The notes: generated from the letters alone by a model not told the origin. A stretch of DNA of 64,000 nt from Candidatus Kapaibacterium sp. (GCA_041675005.1 JBAYUQ010000011.1:15270-79269); one strand, 5' to 3'. Positions 47,703-57,365 are shown, counted from the stretch's first letter. A program made the numbers and translations.

Positions 47703-48137
47703 TTATCTCAACCACCCTCTTTTGGTAACTGATTCAGCATACCAAACAAGAAAAAAGCCGACTACTACTATCATGATAGGCATTATCAAAGCTGTTATAC
47801 CTTTGACAGCCATAGTATTACTGAAAAATATACCGTATGTCATCTGTGGTATTATACCAACAAGAGAGATAATGAAAGCAGTTTTAGCCCATTTTTTTCT
47901 CATTAGTAAGCCGACACAACCGATTGTACCTCCAAAAACAGCAATGGCGAATACAATATAAGTCCAAAAAGGATAACTATTGTAGAGTTCCTGTTCAGCT
48001 GATGGTAACGCCTGCATCATTTGATCTTTCATTACAGTTAGACTCAAAAAAGAGCCAATACCCATTAGATTCCACAAAAGGAAGATAACTGCTGCTATCC
48101 AATACCAAGTGGGTACTTGTATAGGTTGGTTTCTCAT
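47703..48137 (-). CDS. hypothetical membrane protein (4 TM)
   Basis: 144-aa ORF with four hydrophobic helices. No recognisable motif. Confidence 0.6.
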   Translation of the reverse strand: MRNQPIQVPTWYWIAAVIFLLWNLMGIGSFLSLTVMKDQMMQALPSAEQELYNSYPFWTYIVFAIAVFGGTIGCVGLLMRKKWAKTAFIISLVGIIPQMTYGIFFSNTMAVKGITALIMPIMIVVVGFFLVWYAESVTKRGWLR

Positions 48138-48434
48138 AGTTCTTGCTCCAAATATTGTTAATCTGTAATTAATAATATTCCTAATATACTATAATCTATC
48201 AAATTACAATGCTTTATCATTTGTTTTTTTTAAGTTGATAGAAGTAAATGTTGGTTCTTCAGATATATCTGTATTTTATCCAAATCTTATCCGTATTTTA
48301 TCTGAATCGGAAATACTAGATTTTACTCCGTTTTACATCTGCTGATTTTATTAGTATCTATTTCATATAATTTTTGCTTTATCCTTATTACCTTACTAAT
48401 TTAATAAATTATTATAACTAAATCCAACATAACC

Positions 48435-48971
48435 ATGCCACATATAAAGATAATAAAACACGAAGACGCTACTGGAGAACTCAGAGCCGCTTACGATAAT
48501 TTGGTAGGCACTAGGGGCAAAGTTTCTAATGTAATGGCTATACATAGTTTGATGCCAGAGACTATGACAGCTCATCTAGAATTATACAAGTCAATCCTAT
48601 TTAATAAAAAAGGGATAGATAGAAAATTAGCAGAGATGATAGCCGTTACAGTATCTAAATCTAACAAATGTGAATATTGTATTCATCACCATATAGAAGC
48701 GTTGTCTCATTTTCTAAAAGATGAAGGTGAGTTGGAGCAGTTTATAGCTGACCCAACTTCGGTGGAAGATGAGAAGTTGAAAGCAGTTGTTAGATACGCA
48801 CAGAAGCTGACATTACATCCAAGCGAGGTTATCAAAAGCGATATTGATGAGCTTTTGGAATTAGGATATAATGACTCTGAAGTGCTAAATATTGTTCTTA
48901 CAAGAAATTATTTTAGTTTTGTAAGTTCTAACTGGATGTTAGTGGAAAAAGTTTTTCTAATAACTAACTGA
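48435..48971 (+). CDS. carboxymuconolactone decarboxylase / AhpD-like peroxidase-related family protein
   Basis: 178 aa with SKSNKCEYCIHHH (AhpD-type CxxC..H motif) in a helical context. The last ~25 aa look atypical. Confidence 0.7.
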   Translation: MPHIKIIKHEDATGELRAAYDNLVGTRGKVSNVMAIHSLMPETMTAHLELYKSILFNKKGIDRKLAEMIAVTVSKSNKCEYCIHHHIEALSHFLKDEGELEQFIADPTSVEDEKLKAVVRYAQKLTLHPSEVIKSDIDELLELGYNDSEVLNIVLTRNYFSFVSSNWMLVEKVFLITN

Positions 48972-49008
48972 AAGTATATTATTACACATAAAACATATAA
49001 GGATACAG

Positions 49009-49449
49009 ATGAAAATATCTGAAAATGGCGATACTATCAAAGTACATTATACAGGCAAATTAAAAAGTGGCGATATCTTCGATTCTTCGGAAGGAAGAGA
49101 CCCATTGGAATTTCAACTTGGCTCGGGAATGGTAATCGAAGGATTCAATGACGGCTTATTAGGTTTGAAAGAAGGCGAAAAGAAAACTATCGAGATACCT
49201 GTTGAAAAAGCTTACGGACCTAAGAACGAAGACTACATTGTCGAAATAGCAAAAGATAAATTAGACAATAGCGATGAATTCGAGGTTGGTATGCAAGTTT
49301 CTTTCTCTAACCAAGAGCAAGGTGGACAACCGATACCTGTTGAAGTAATTGCAGTAACAGAAGACACAGTTACATTCGATGCTAACTCTCCACTAGCGGG
49401 TGAAGATTTGATTTTCGAAGTTGAAATGATTGGCATATTAAAGGCATAA
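49009..49449 (+). CDS. slyD: FKBP-type peptidyl-prolyl cis-trans isomerase, SlyD-like (insert-in-flap domain, no His-rich tail)
   Basis: 146 aa with VHYTGKLKSGDIFDSS....PLEFQLGSGMVIEGF..GL.GLKEGEKKTIEIP.EKAYG, then an inserted domain and NSPLAGEDLIFEVEM..I. Confidence 0.8.
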   Translation: MKISENGDTIKVHYTGKLKSGDIFDSSEGRDPLEFQLGSGMVIEGFNDGLLGLKEGEKKTIEIPVEKAYGPKNEDYIVEIAKDKLDNSDEFEVGMQVSFSNQEQGGQPIPVEVIAVTEDTVTFDANSPLAGEDLIFEVEMIGILKA

Positions 49450-49454
49450 TATAA

Positions 49455-50027
49455 ATGAAAAAAATAGTTTTATTAATAGCTATTTTCACTCTTATGATGG
49501 CTTGTCAAGAGAAGAAGAGTTTCGATGATCTCCAAACTTATTCTAAAGCAGGCAAGCCACATTTTATAGTGATGAACGCAGCTGGTTCTATTGAGAAATT
49601 CCAATATGATAATGAGTCCAATGGATTCAAAGTCAAAACAACTAATGGAATCAACGAAAGTATTAGTTTTTTGCCATACCCAGCAAACTACGGTTTCTTC
49701 CCTTCTACTCATGCCGATGGTGAAGATAAAGGTGAACTGCTTTATGGTTTCCTAATAGCTCCAGAACTATCTATCCAAACTATGGTAGATGTTAAGCCAT
49801 TGGGTGCTGTGACGATGCTTAAAGATGGTAAAGAAGTACAACTTGTACTTTGTATTCCAGATGATAAGTTGCTTCGTATTGATATGGAAGATACAAACGA
49901 ACTGCATGAAGACATGGAAACAATACTAGGACTATGGTTGACCAATGCATTCGAAGTGGATAGTATAGTCAATTGGCATGATGCTAACTATGCTAATGAG
50001 CTAATCAAAACTCGGTCTAACCGCTAA
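49455..50027 (+). CDS. lipoprotein with a degenerate family I inorganic pyrophosphatase-like domain
   Basis: 190 aa with a signal plus lipobox (LMMAC). YPANYGFFPST..DGEDKGE and PLGAVTMLKDGKE..LVLCIP align with E. coli Ppa YPCNYGYINHT..DGDPVDV and PVGVLKMTDEAGEDAKLVAVP, but several acidic/Lys catalytic positions are replaced. Confidence 0.6.
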   Translation: MKKIVLLIAIFTLMMACQEKKSFDDLQTYSKAGKPHFIVMNAAGSIEKFQYDNESNGFKVKTTNGINESISFLPYPANYGFFPSTHADGEDKGELLYGFLIAPELSIQTMVDVKPLGAVTMLKDGKEVQLVLCIPDDKLLRIDMEDTNELHEDMETILGLWLTNAFEVDSIVNWHDANYANELIKTRSNR

Positions 50028-50461
50028 TGACGAAAACCGAAATAAAGTACTTGTATAAGTATTTGGCTATGATGATAGTGCCTGCTAGCATTGTTTTCTA
50101 TTTGGTTGAATTATTATTCAATTTTCTTTTCAATGAGTCGAACTCTTCTAGTTTGCGTGAGCTAATAACGAAGACAACGACTCTGATTATCATAATAAGT
50201 ATGGTTAGGCTATTCCGAAAGGAAAATGATAAGTACTACAGTGAGGAGTATCTAGTGTCAGGTATATACCTGACCTTCAACTCCGTTGTATTTATGTTTT
50301 TGATCTTTTGTACTTATTATGGGATAGATATTGCCTTCAATTTAATTGAAGGAAAACCATTGTTAGAGTTCGACAATCTAGGCAGTCTAGCTCTTAACTT
50401 CGTATTGGTGTCTATATTCACTATGGTCAATCTAACTAAGAATATAAAGCTACTCAAATAG
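50027..50461 (+). CDS. hypothetical membrane protein
   Basis: 144-aa ORF with about 4 hydrophobic segments. Its start overlaps the preceding stop (TAATG). Confidence 0.55.
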   Translation: MTKTEIKYLYKYLAMMIVPASIVFYLVELLFNFLFNESNSSSLRELITKTTTLIIIISMVRLFRKENDKYYSEEYLVSGIYLTFNSVVFMFLIFCTYYGIDIAFNLIEGKPLLEFDNLGSLALNFVLVSIFTMVNLTKNIKLLK

Positions 50462-50462
50462 C

Positions 50463-51401
50463 TTACTCCCCACTCATATACCATTCTACCAAATCAATGA
50501 ATTTCTCTCTTTGGTCGATGAATACGCTGTGAGAAGCGTCTTTTACAATTGAGAAATTATCTTCGCCCATTAGCGATTTGAATTCATTGTATTGTGCTTC
50601 GTCGAAAAGACCATCGTCAGCACCAAAGATTCCGAATATCTTATTTTTAGCTGCTAATTTCTTTATCTCATCCGACATATCCATCAAAGTATATTTCTCG
50701 TTAGTAAAGAAGCCAGAGACTGGCTCCCGAGTCATATCCGACATATATTTTGCTTCTGGCAATTTCGATAATTCTTGGTATAATTCCTTAGATTCTGGGC
50801 TTTGATTTTTAGGTTGGTAAAGCCCACATTGCATAGCATTCATAAAGCAATATGAACTATACTCAAGTGTAGTTGTATCCATTTTCTCTAGCATAAGTAT
50901 ATACTGTAAGTTCGGAGATTTCTCTGTAGTATATTTTTCTTTACATCTACTGATAATAACTTTGAAAGATGCTTGATAAGAAAGTGGTGAATCAACCATT
51001 ATAAATTTGTTCACTTTATCTGGATATTTCATAGCATATTGTAGCCCTAGTGTACCACCCCAACTATGCCCCAATATACTTACTTTTTTTACACCGTATT
51101 TGCTGAGAATAGTATTGATATCGGCAAAGGCCTCTTCGAAAGTGTATTTTGAGTCCGCAACATCCTTTGATCTGCCTCCACCTCTTTGGTCATATACTAT
51201 TACATAGAACCCCTCATCTGCTAATTTCTGAGCAGTAGATAGCTCGAACGAAACTGAGTTGTATCCAGGCCCACCATGCATGAATAGCAATGCAGGTTTT
51301 GTTTTATCACCATAAGCTTTGGAATAGATTTCTTTTGCATTAGCAACAGTAGAAAAGAATGTAAATAAAACGGCTGAGATTATAAGAATTGATTTTTTCA
51401 T
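50463..51401 (-). CDS. alpha/beta hydrolase (prolyl aminopeptidase-like, S33 family), secreted
   Basis: 312 aa with a signal peptide, LLFMHGGPGYNS, the nucleophile elbow ILGHSWGGTL, and a C-terminal DASHSVF. Confidence 0.8.
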   Translation of the reverse strand: MKKSILIISAVLFTFFSTVANAKEIYSKAYGDKTKPALLFMHGGPGYNSVSFELSTAQKLADEGFYVIVYDQRGGGRSKDVADSKYTFEEAFADINTILSKYGVKKVSILGHSWGGTLGLQYAMKYPDKVNKFIMVDSPLSYQASFKVIISRCKEKYTTEKSPNLQYILMLEKMDTTTLEYSSYCFMNAMQCGLYQPKNQSPESKELYQELSKLPEAKYMSDMTREPVSGFFTNEKYTLMDMSDEIKKLAAKNKIFGIFGADDGLFDEAQYNEFKSLMGEDNFSIVKDASHSVFIDQREKFIDLVEWYMSGE

Positions 51402-51463
51402 TTGTTGTCTGTTTTTTGGTAAAGTATAAGTCTCAATATATAAAAATTAATGGAAAATCATTT

Positions 51464-52012
51464 TTATGTTTTGTAGTCTTTACCATCTAATACATATTTT
51501 TTTACATTTTGATAGAATGACCATTCCCCCGGAATAGTTGGGTATTCATCTACAAAACTAAAACCGAGTTTTATACAAAGCCGCTCTGGTGCAGGGTTTA
51601 GAGCATAGAACACTCCATATACTTTCTCTAGCTTATATTTCTCAAAGAAGATAGGAAGCGACATTCTCATGAGCTTCTCCCCCATTCCTTTGGCGATGTT
51701 CTTCTTGTCCCATATATGCGAATGTATATTAGCATATTCGCCAACAACTATTGGTGTAATATTGCAATGCCCAATTGCTTTGCCGTCCACTTCCCAAATA
51801 AGGATGTATGTGTTTCTTTCGTTAGGTGGTAATGATATCTGTTGTTCAATAAAATCTATAATTTCTTTTGTTGGCGGTATCTTGTCTAGGTCAATCCCCA
51901 GTTTAAAAGCATCATCAAAACTGAGATTCGTCCAATATTCAGTTATATTAGCTATATCTTCAGTGGTCGCCTCCCTTACAACATAAGATTTTTCTTCTTT
52001 TACTTTAGACAT
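51464..52012 (-). CDS. GNAT-family N-acetyltransferase
   Basis: 182 aa with IGHCNI.......ANIH.HIWDK....KGMGEK.M..SL..FF..Y.L.K.......LNPAPER...KLGF, a RimJ/RimL-like pattern. Confidence 0.7.
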   Translation of the reverse strand: MSKVKEEKSYVVREATTEDIANITEYWTNLSFDDAFKLGIDLDKIPPTKEIIDFIEQQISLPPNERNTYILIWEVDGKAIGHCNITPIVVGEYANIHSHIWDKKNIAKGMGEKLMRMSLPIFFEKYKLEKVYGVFYALNPAPERLCIKLGFSFVDEYPTIPGEWSFYQNVKKYVLDGKDYKT

Positions 52013-52054
52013 TATTTATGTAATTTTAAATCTATTAATCATAGAAATCAAGAT

Positions 52055-52639
52055 ATGAAATATTTATTATTTAGCATAATCATAATAGCCACATTCAGTT
52101 GTTCCGAATACCCAGCTACTGGCCCAGTCAATCCTAGTTTTGACCCACCAGTTGTGAACGAAATGCTTATTACATTAGAAAATGCTCAACAAGCTGGTAT
52201 ATTGAGGTTTGGTCCAGTTTTGGTTCCGATTACAGATACAGTTATCGTTGTTGATGACGTATTGAATACTCAAATGTATGTGTATCCATCGATTGCAACT
52301 TCCGAAATCACTCTGACATTTTCAAACGTAGAGACTACTAATAATCTTATGTACTTGGTACGTGCTAATATAAATTCATATCTAAGTAAAGAATTATATT
52401 TTGGTAGCTACATAGGAATAAGTAATTCGAAATATATCTATGTTATCGAGAATTCGGTTCGCGCAGCCGGAATTTTTTATTTTGGTCTCTCATTAAAAGG
52501 TTTGCCAGATGGTGTCTATGTGTTATATTTAAAGGATAATGACACAGGAGTTATAAACGGAGAAGCTGCATTTTTCAAAACAACAGAAACAAACAGAAAC
52601 AGAATTTATAAGAATTTGAATATAGGGAATTACAGATGA
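52055..52639 (+). CDS. small lipoprotein with a T9SS-CTD-like beta-sandwich tail, hypothetical
   Basis: 194 aa with lipobox ATFSC. VYPSIATSEITLTFSN ... LPDGVYVLYLKDNDTGVINGEAAFFK resembles a T9SS sorting domain but is followed by a further 18 aa. Confidence 0.6.
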   Translation: MKYLLFSIIIIATFSCSEYPATGPVNPSFDPPVVNEMLITLENAQQAGILRFGPVLVPITDTVIVVDDVLNTQMYVYPSIATSEITLTFSNVETTNNLMYLVRANINSYLSKELYFGSYIGISNSKYIYVIENSVRAAGIFYFGLSLKGLPDGVYVLYLKDNDTGVINGEAAFFKTTETNRNRIYKNLNIGNYR

Positions 52640-53127
52640 AAAAATTAATATTACTTACAATGCTTTTACCATTTTTACTATTGGCGGAAGAGAAGGTAGA
52701 AAAACCAGATATGGGATTCACTGTTGTTGTTCAACAATCGACATTCGATTTGCAAATACCTATGTGGCTATCCGATAGATTTATATTAGCTCCAGCAATT
52801 GGGACTAGATATCAGGATAATTTAGGAACTGAAATAGATTTTGGTTTGGGTGCTAGAATATTCACAAACGACAAATCAGCAAGACCATATTTCGGTTTGA
52901 AAGCCGGGTTAATCTATACTTCTTTTGAAGCTAATACACCTAGTTTGATGGATATAATAGTCGGTCCAAGCTACGGAGTAGAGTATTTTTTCAATTCAAA
53001 CATAAGTCTAGGTATAGAAGGTCAATTAAACTTTGTTTTCTTCGATGAAAACTCACTAAGATTCAGCAATCCAAGTGGACTCAATATAAACACAGCAGCG
53101 GTACTATTCGCTTCTATATATTTTTAA
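52636..53127 (+). CDS. small (about 8-strand) outer-membrane beta-barrel protein
   Basis: 163 aa with a signal peptide, alternating-residue beta strands (DFGLGARIF, YFGLKAGLIY, SLGIEGQLNFVF) and a terminal aromatic (SIYF). ATGA overlap with the upstream ORF. Confidence 0.7.
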   Translation: MKKLILLTMLLPFLLLAEEKVEKPDMGFTVVVQQSTFDLQIPMWLSDRFILAPAIGTRYQDNLGTEIDFGLGARIFTNDKSARPYFGLKAGLIYTSFEANTPSLMDIIVGPSYGVEYFFNSNISLGIEGQLNFVFFDENSLRFSNPSGLNINTAAVLFASIYF

Positions 53128-53132
53128 TAATT

Positions 53133-53618
53133 ATGAGAATAGTAAAATACACCCTAATAGTTTCACTCTTATCGCTGATGTTATCGTGTAGCGATGATAA
53201 AATTACTTATTCCAATACTCCTCGTTCGCAATACAGTGGTGTAAGCGAATATGATTCGCTAGGGAACAAACTAAGGCAAGTTGATAATGATTGGGAACCA
53301 AGATGCTACGAAGTTGTCAAATTTGGTAAACATCATTTATGTTTTTACACAATCTATCCTCTTCCAGCAGTTGATACTCTTAGAGTAAGCTTCGGTTCTG
53401 CTATAGTTGGCAACTATAAGATATGGTTAGCTCTGAACGATTCTACGGTTTCAATGCCAATAATGGAGGAGAAAAAGCAAGTAGGCCCTACTAGCTTAAT
53501 GATACCTTTTGACGACCAAAAATTACATAGAGATGTGGTTTATAGACTATTCGTCGAATCAACAGATTCTGTCACTAATCAAACTCAATTACATTTCGGT
53601 GATGTAATCTGGAAATAG
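53133..53618 (+). CDS. small lipoprotein with a T9SS-CTD-like segment, hypothetical
   Basis: 161 aa with lipobox LMLSC. It contains IYPLPAVDTLRVSFGS.IVGNYKIWLALNDSTV and starts 5 nt after the barrel gene. Confidence 0.6.
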   Translation: MRIVKYTLIVSLLSLMLSCSDDKITYSNTPRSQYSGVSEYDSLGNKLRQVDNDWEPRCYEVVKFGKHHLCFYTIYPLPAVDTLRVSFGSAIVGNYKIWLALNDSTVSMPIMEEKKQVGPTSLMIPFDDQKLHRDVVYRLFVESTDSVTNQTQLHFGDVIWK

Positions 53619-53683
53619 ATTTAGTTTTAAGATAATTAAGTCTTATTTTTGTAATTCATATTAGAATAAATACAGAAAAGAAA

Positions 53684-54904
53684 ATGAAATACTGGAAAAA
53701 ACTAACTTCAAAACAGATTAGAGATATTGTCTTTGCTGCACTAGATAAGAATGTGAATTTTGAGAATGACCTGAGTATTGGTATTCCCGCTTCTCATCTA
53801 GATAGCAAAGTTTTTTTCAGTCAAGCTCCATTCCTCGAAGATGCCCCATTTATGAATACTTTGGTGCATAATCCAAATCATATAGGTTGCCACACAGTCG
53901 GTGAATCCGAGGAGTTTTTCGAAGGTACACACGATATAGAAAGAGAAGCTATCAAGATATTAGCAGAGGATTTACTAGGTGGTGGAGATGATGAGCAAGA
54001 CGGCTACGTAGCATCTGGTGGTACGGAAGCAAACATACAAGCGTGCTGGATATACAGGAATTATTTCAAAACTGAGAGAAAAGCTAAGCACAAAGAAATA
54101 GCTTTGCTTTGCTCAGAAGACACCCACTATTCTATTCCCAAAGCTTCAAACCTATTGATAATTAGGAAGTACTCGGTTCCAGTTGTCGAAGACACAAGAG
54201 AAATAACTCCAGAAGCAGTTGCTAGCACTATAGAGCAAGCTAAAAAAGATGGCAGAAAGTACTTCATAGTAATAGCTAATATGGCTACGACTATGTTCGG
54301 CTCGGTGGATAATCCGCAAATATATATAGATGCTCTAAAAGCAGCTGGTGTAGAGTACAAACTCCACATAGATGGGGCTTACGGTGGGTTCATATACCCC
54401 GTAACTTCTAGTGACAAATCATTATCATTTGCTAATCCAGAAGTCAGCTCTATAACAATAGACGCGCATAAAATGCTCCAAGCCCCTTATGGGACTGGGG
54501 TTTTTCTTGCAAGAAAAGGACTAATAGGATATGTGTTGACGAAGGAAGCACAGTATGTATCAGGTATGGATTTGACACTTATCGGCTCTCGCTCAGGTGC
54601 TAATGCTATAGCCGTATGGATGATTCTAATGACTTACGGGCCTTACGGTTGGCTAGAGAAAATGCAGACATTAATTTATAGGACTGATAGACTATGTACG
54701 GAGTTAGACAAAAAGCAAATTAAATACTTCCGTGAGAAAGATATGAATATAGTTACTATCTTCTCTGATCAAATTACTATAGAGTTAGCACACAAATATG
54801 GATTAGTTCCCGAAACTCACGATGGTGATAACAAGTGGTGGAAGATAGTTATTATGGATCACGTAGATCTGAATATACTGATGCAATTTGTTAATGAGAT
54901 TTAA
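53684..54904 (+). CDS. pyridoxal-phosphate-dependent decarboxylase (group II, fold type I)
   Basis: 406 aa with SGGTEANIQACW, HIDGAYGGF, and a PLP-lysine context SITIDAHKMLQAPYGTGVFLARKG. Confidence 0.8.
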   Translation: MKYWKKLTSKQIRDIVFAALDKNVNFENDLSIGIPASHLDSKVFFSQAPFLEDAPFMNTLVHNPNHIGCHTVGESEEFFEGTHDIEREAIKILAEDLLGGGDDEQDGYVASGGTEANIQACWIYRNYFKTERKAKHKEIALLCSEDTHYSIPKASNLLIIRKYSVPVVEDTREITPEAVASTIEQAKKDGRKYFIVIANMATTMFGSVDNPQIYIDALKAAGVEYKLHIDGAYGGFIYPVTSSDKSLSFANPEVSSITIDAHKMLQAPYGTGVFLARKGLIGYVLTKEAQYVSGMDLTLIGSRSGANAIAVWMILMTYGPYGWLEKMQTLIYRTDRLCTELDKKQIKYFREKDMNIVTIFSDQITIELAHKYGLVPETHDGDNKWWKIVIMDHVDLNILMQFVNEI

Positions 54905-55546
54905 CTATTTCTCAGATGTTATTTCCTCTACTATTTTTGGAGGTAGTAATAAATTAAGGAGCATCAAATTATCTTTTTCGATATCTATAAACTTCCAATC
55001 TGTCATTCCATCATAAGATTTGGCGTAACTATCTTTAATTGAGAGTATATCGAATGAGCTATTATCGGCGTCATAGCTAACATTTTCTTTACCAAAAGTA
55101 CTTTCAAGATTAGAAAGAGTTAGGTTGTTTCTTAGTTCTTTTTCTTGTTGAGTAATTGAAGTATCTTGGCCGTCTTCAAATTTCATATACATATTATGAG
55201 AATACTCCAACTTGCAATAGTATAAGCTATCTACTAACCTAACTTCCCCGATATTCAGAATATTTGGCTCAGCTAGACTAATGATTATTCCAGGATTTTT
55301 AAATGTCTCTTCCATATTGTTTATCAACTGTTCTTTAGAGACAAGTTCGAATAGTTCTGGATAAAGATACTCAACTGATTCAGTGAATTCTTGATTAATT
55401 AAGAGATTGATATAAGTTAAAAAATCCTTCTTAATATTCTTCTGCGAAGTTTGAGAAATTAGATTAGATGTAGCAAATGCCACTATTAATGTTATAAGTA
55501 ATATTTTTTTTGTCATTTTTTTTCTTTTTTCAGTATTTAGATTCAT
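54905..55546 (-). CDS. hypothetical secreted protein
   Basis: 213-aa ORF. An internal MTKKILLITLIVAFATSNLISQ looks like the true signal peptide/start (around 55513). No recognisable domain. Confidence 0.6.
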   Translation of the reverse strand: MNLNTEKRKKMTKKILLITLIVAFATSNLISQTSQKNIKKDFLTYINLLINQEFTESVEYLYPELFELVSKEQLINNMEETFKNPGIIISLAEPNILNIGEVRLVDSLYYCKLEYSHNMYMKFEDGQDTSITQQEKELRNNLTLSNLESTFGKENVSYDADNSSFDILSIKDSYAKSYDGMTDWKFIDIEKDNLMLLNLLLPPKIVEEITSEK

Positions 55547-55565
55547 ACGAAATTAACTATTTATT

Positions 55566-56363
55566 CTAATATTTTTTAGCTTCATCCCAAAGTACATCCA
55601 TTTCTTCTAGCGTCATATCATCAAGAGATTTCCCTTGTTCTGCCGCCCTTTTTTCAATGTATTGGAATCTGTAAATAAACTTATTATTAGTGAAGTGCAA
55701 CGCCTCTTCTGCCACTATCTTCTCGTGTCTTGCTGCATTCACTAGTGAGAACAGTACATCGCCGAACTCATCGGTCATTCGTTCTTTATCTCCAATGGCT
55801 ATCATCTCTTTCAGCTCATCTATCTCTTCGAATACTTTATTCCACACATCGCTCTTATCATCCCAATCGAAGCCGACTTTCGCCGCTTTGTGCTGCATTC
55901 TTTCAGCTTTTAGAAGAGCAGGTAAACCTTTGGGAACGCCATCGAGTGCTGATTTTTTACCCTCGCTTTTCTTCAATAGCTCCCAATTTCTTACAACATC
56001 GTCCTCAGAATCTACTTTCGTATCGCTAAATACGTGTGGGTGTCTATGAATCATCTTTTCGTGGACGGCCTTGATAACGTCAGTTATGCTGAAAGCCCCT
56101 CTTTGCTCAGCTATTACACTATGAAGCAAGACATGTAGTAATACATCACCTAGCTCTTTGGCAAGCTCCTTATCATCTTCATTATCTATTGCGTCCATTA
56201 TCTCATAGGATTCCTCGATTGTCAAATGAGCGATTGATTTATTCGTCTGCTTTCTATCCCATGGGCATTCATTTCGAAGTATTCGTACTAATTCCATAAA
56301 TGCTTCGAATACATCTTTCTCTATTTCGGGATTATTTGGCTGTGGTGGTGTTATATTCTTCAT
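55566..56363 (-). CDS. mazG: nucleoside triphosphate pyrophosphohydrolase MazG
   Basis: 265 aa with a tandem MazG domain: LR.ECPWDRKQT..S.....IEE.YE..DAI, ELGDVLLHVL.H, HPHVF, and a second EFGDVLFSLVN.ARH. Confidence 0.88.
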   Translation of the reverse strand: MKNITPPQPNNPEIEKDVFEAFMELVRILRNECPWDRKQTNKSIAHLTIEESYEIMDAIDNEDDKELAKELGDVLLHVLLHSVIAEQRGAFSITDVIKAVHEKMIHRHPHVFSDTKVDSEDDVVRNWELLKKSEGKKSALDGVPKGLPALLKAERMQHKAAKVGFDWDDKSDVWNKVFEEIDELKEMIAIGDKERMTDEFGDVLFSLVNAARHEKIVAEEALHFTNNKFIYRFQYIEKRAAEQGKSLDDMTLEEMDVLWDEAKKY

Positions 56364-56486
56364 TTTTTATCATATTCTTTTTGAAATTTCAATTTCCAAA
56401 GATAAGGTACATAGAATTGAAAAAAAATTTTATTAACTTATAAATCTTAAAACGAACAAAATAAATACTTTTTCAAAAGGTACAGA

Positions 56487-57341
56487 ATGAGTGCAAACAA
56501 ACCTTATGCATTAATACTCGGCGCGTCGAGTGGATTTGGTAAAGCTACGGCAAGAAAATTAGCCGAAAATGGATACAATATCTATGGTGTCCACATGGAT
56601 TTAGGTCAAAACAGAGTAAAAGCTGAAGAATTCAGAGATGAATTATTAGCGCTCGGTGTTGACGTACATTTTTTCAATACTAACGCTGCAGATGATAGAA
56701 ACAGAGCCGCAGTAGTAGAGGCAATCAAGGCTAATGCTGAAATAGTAGAAGGCCATGAACTAAAATTATTAGTTCATTCACTAGCTTTTGGTACACTTAA
56801 GTATCTAGTTTCAGAATTCGAAGAAGCTCAATTATCGAAAAAACAATTAGAAATGACAATGGATGTTATGGCTAATAGTTTAGTTTACTGGACACAAGAT
56901 GTGTTCGCTGCAAAACTATTTAGTTATAATTCTAGAATATTAGCTTTCACAAGTGTTGGCTCTAAGAAAGCCATGTTAAACTATGGTGCTGTTTCAGCTG
57001 CCAAAGCTGCACTAGAAGCATATATCAGACAGTTAGCAATTGAGTTAGCTCCACATGGTATTTCTTCTAATAGCATATTCGCAGGTGTTACCAATACTCC
57101 TGCGGCATCTAAAATACCAGGTTTCCCTAGTATGATAGATTTGGCAAAAGAACAAAATCCTTTCGAAAGAGTTACTACTGAAGCAGATGTTGCATCTCTT
57201 GTATTAGCACTTTGTAATCCTGAATTACTTTTCCTAAATGGTGAAATCATCAGAATAGATGGTGGGCATGCCGTTTTTGAATATTTCAAATGGGACGAGA
57301 AAGCAGAGGGACGACCGAAACCTCAGCACGGGAAATTATAA
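56487..57341 (+). CDS. SDR-family enoyl-[acyl-carrier-protein] reductase, FabL-like
   Basis: 284 aa with ALILGASSGFGKATARKLAENGYNI. The active-site spacing is Y-x6-K (NYGAVSAAKAALEAYIRQLAIELAP), which aligns with B. subtilis FabL [25 protein letters not shown] as I recall it. Confidence 0.6.
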   Translation: MSANKPYALILGASSGFGKATARKLAENGYNIYGVHMDLGQNRVKAEEFRDELLALGVDVHFFNTNAADDRNRAAVVEAIKANAEIVEGHELKLLVHSLAFGTLKYLVSEFEEAQLSKKQLEMTMDVMANSLVYWTQDVFAAKLFSYNSRILAFTSVGSKKAMLNYGAVSAAKAALEAYIRQLAIELAPHGISSNSIFAGVTNTPAASKIPGFPSMIDLAKEQNPFERVTTEADVASLVLALCNPELLFLNGEIIRIDGGHAVFEYFKWDEKAEGRPKPQHGKL

Positions 57342-57365
57342 TCCTCACAAAATAGAAATAAAACA

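Noticed and set aside
47659-47712. Inverted repeat GGTTGAGAT...ATCTCAACC between the VOC gene and the convergent membrane-protein gene, considered as a terminator.
   Set aside because: The loop is more than 30 nt, there is no flanking T-tract, and the right arm overlaps the stop codon region of 47703..48137. The evidence for a functional terminator or regulatory site is insufficient.
55690-56049. Two plus-strand ORFs (119 and 99 aa) inside mazG.
   Set aside because: They are antisense to a clear tandem-MazG-domain gene, and their Ser/Leu-rich translations have no motifs.
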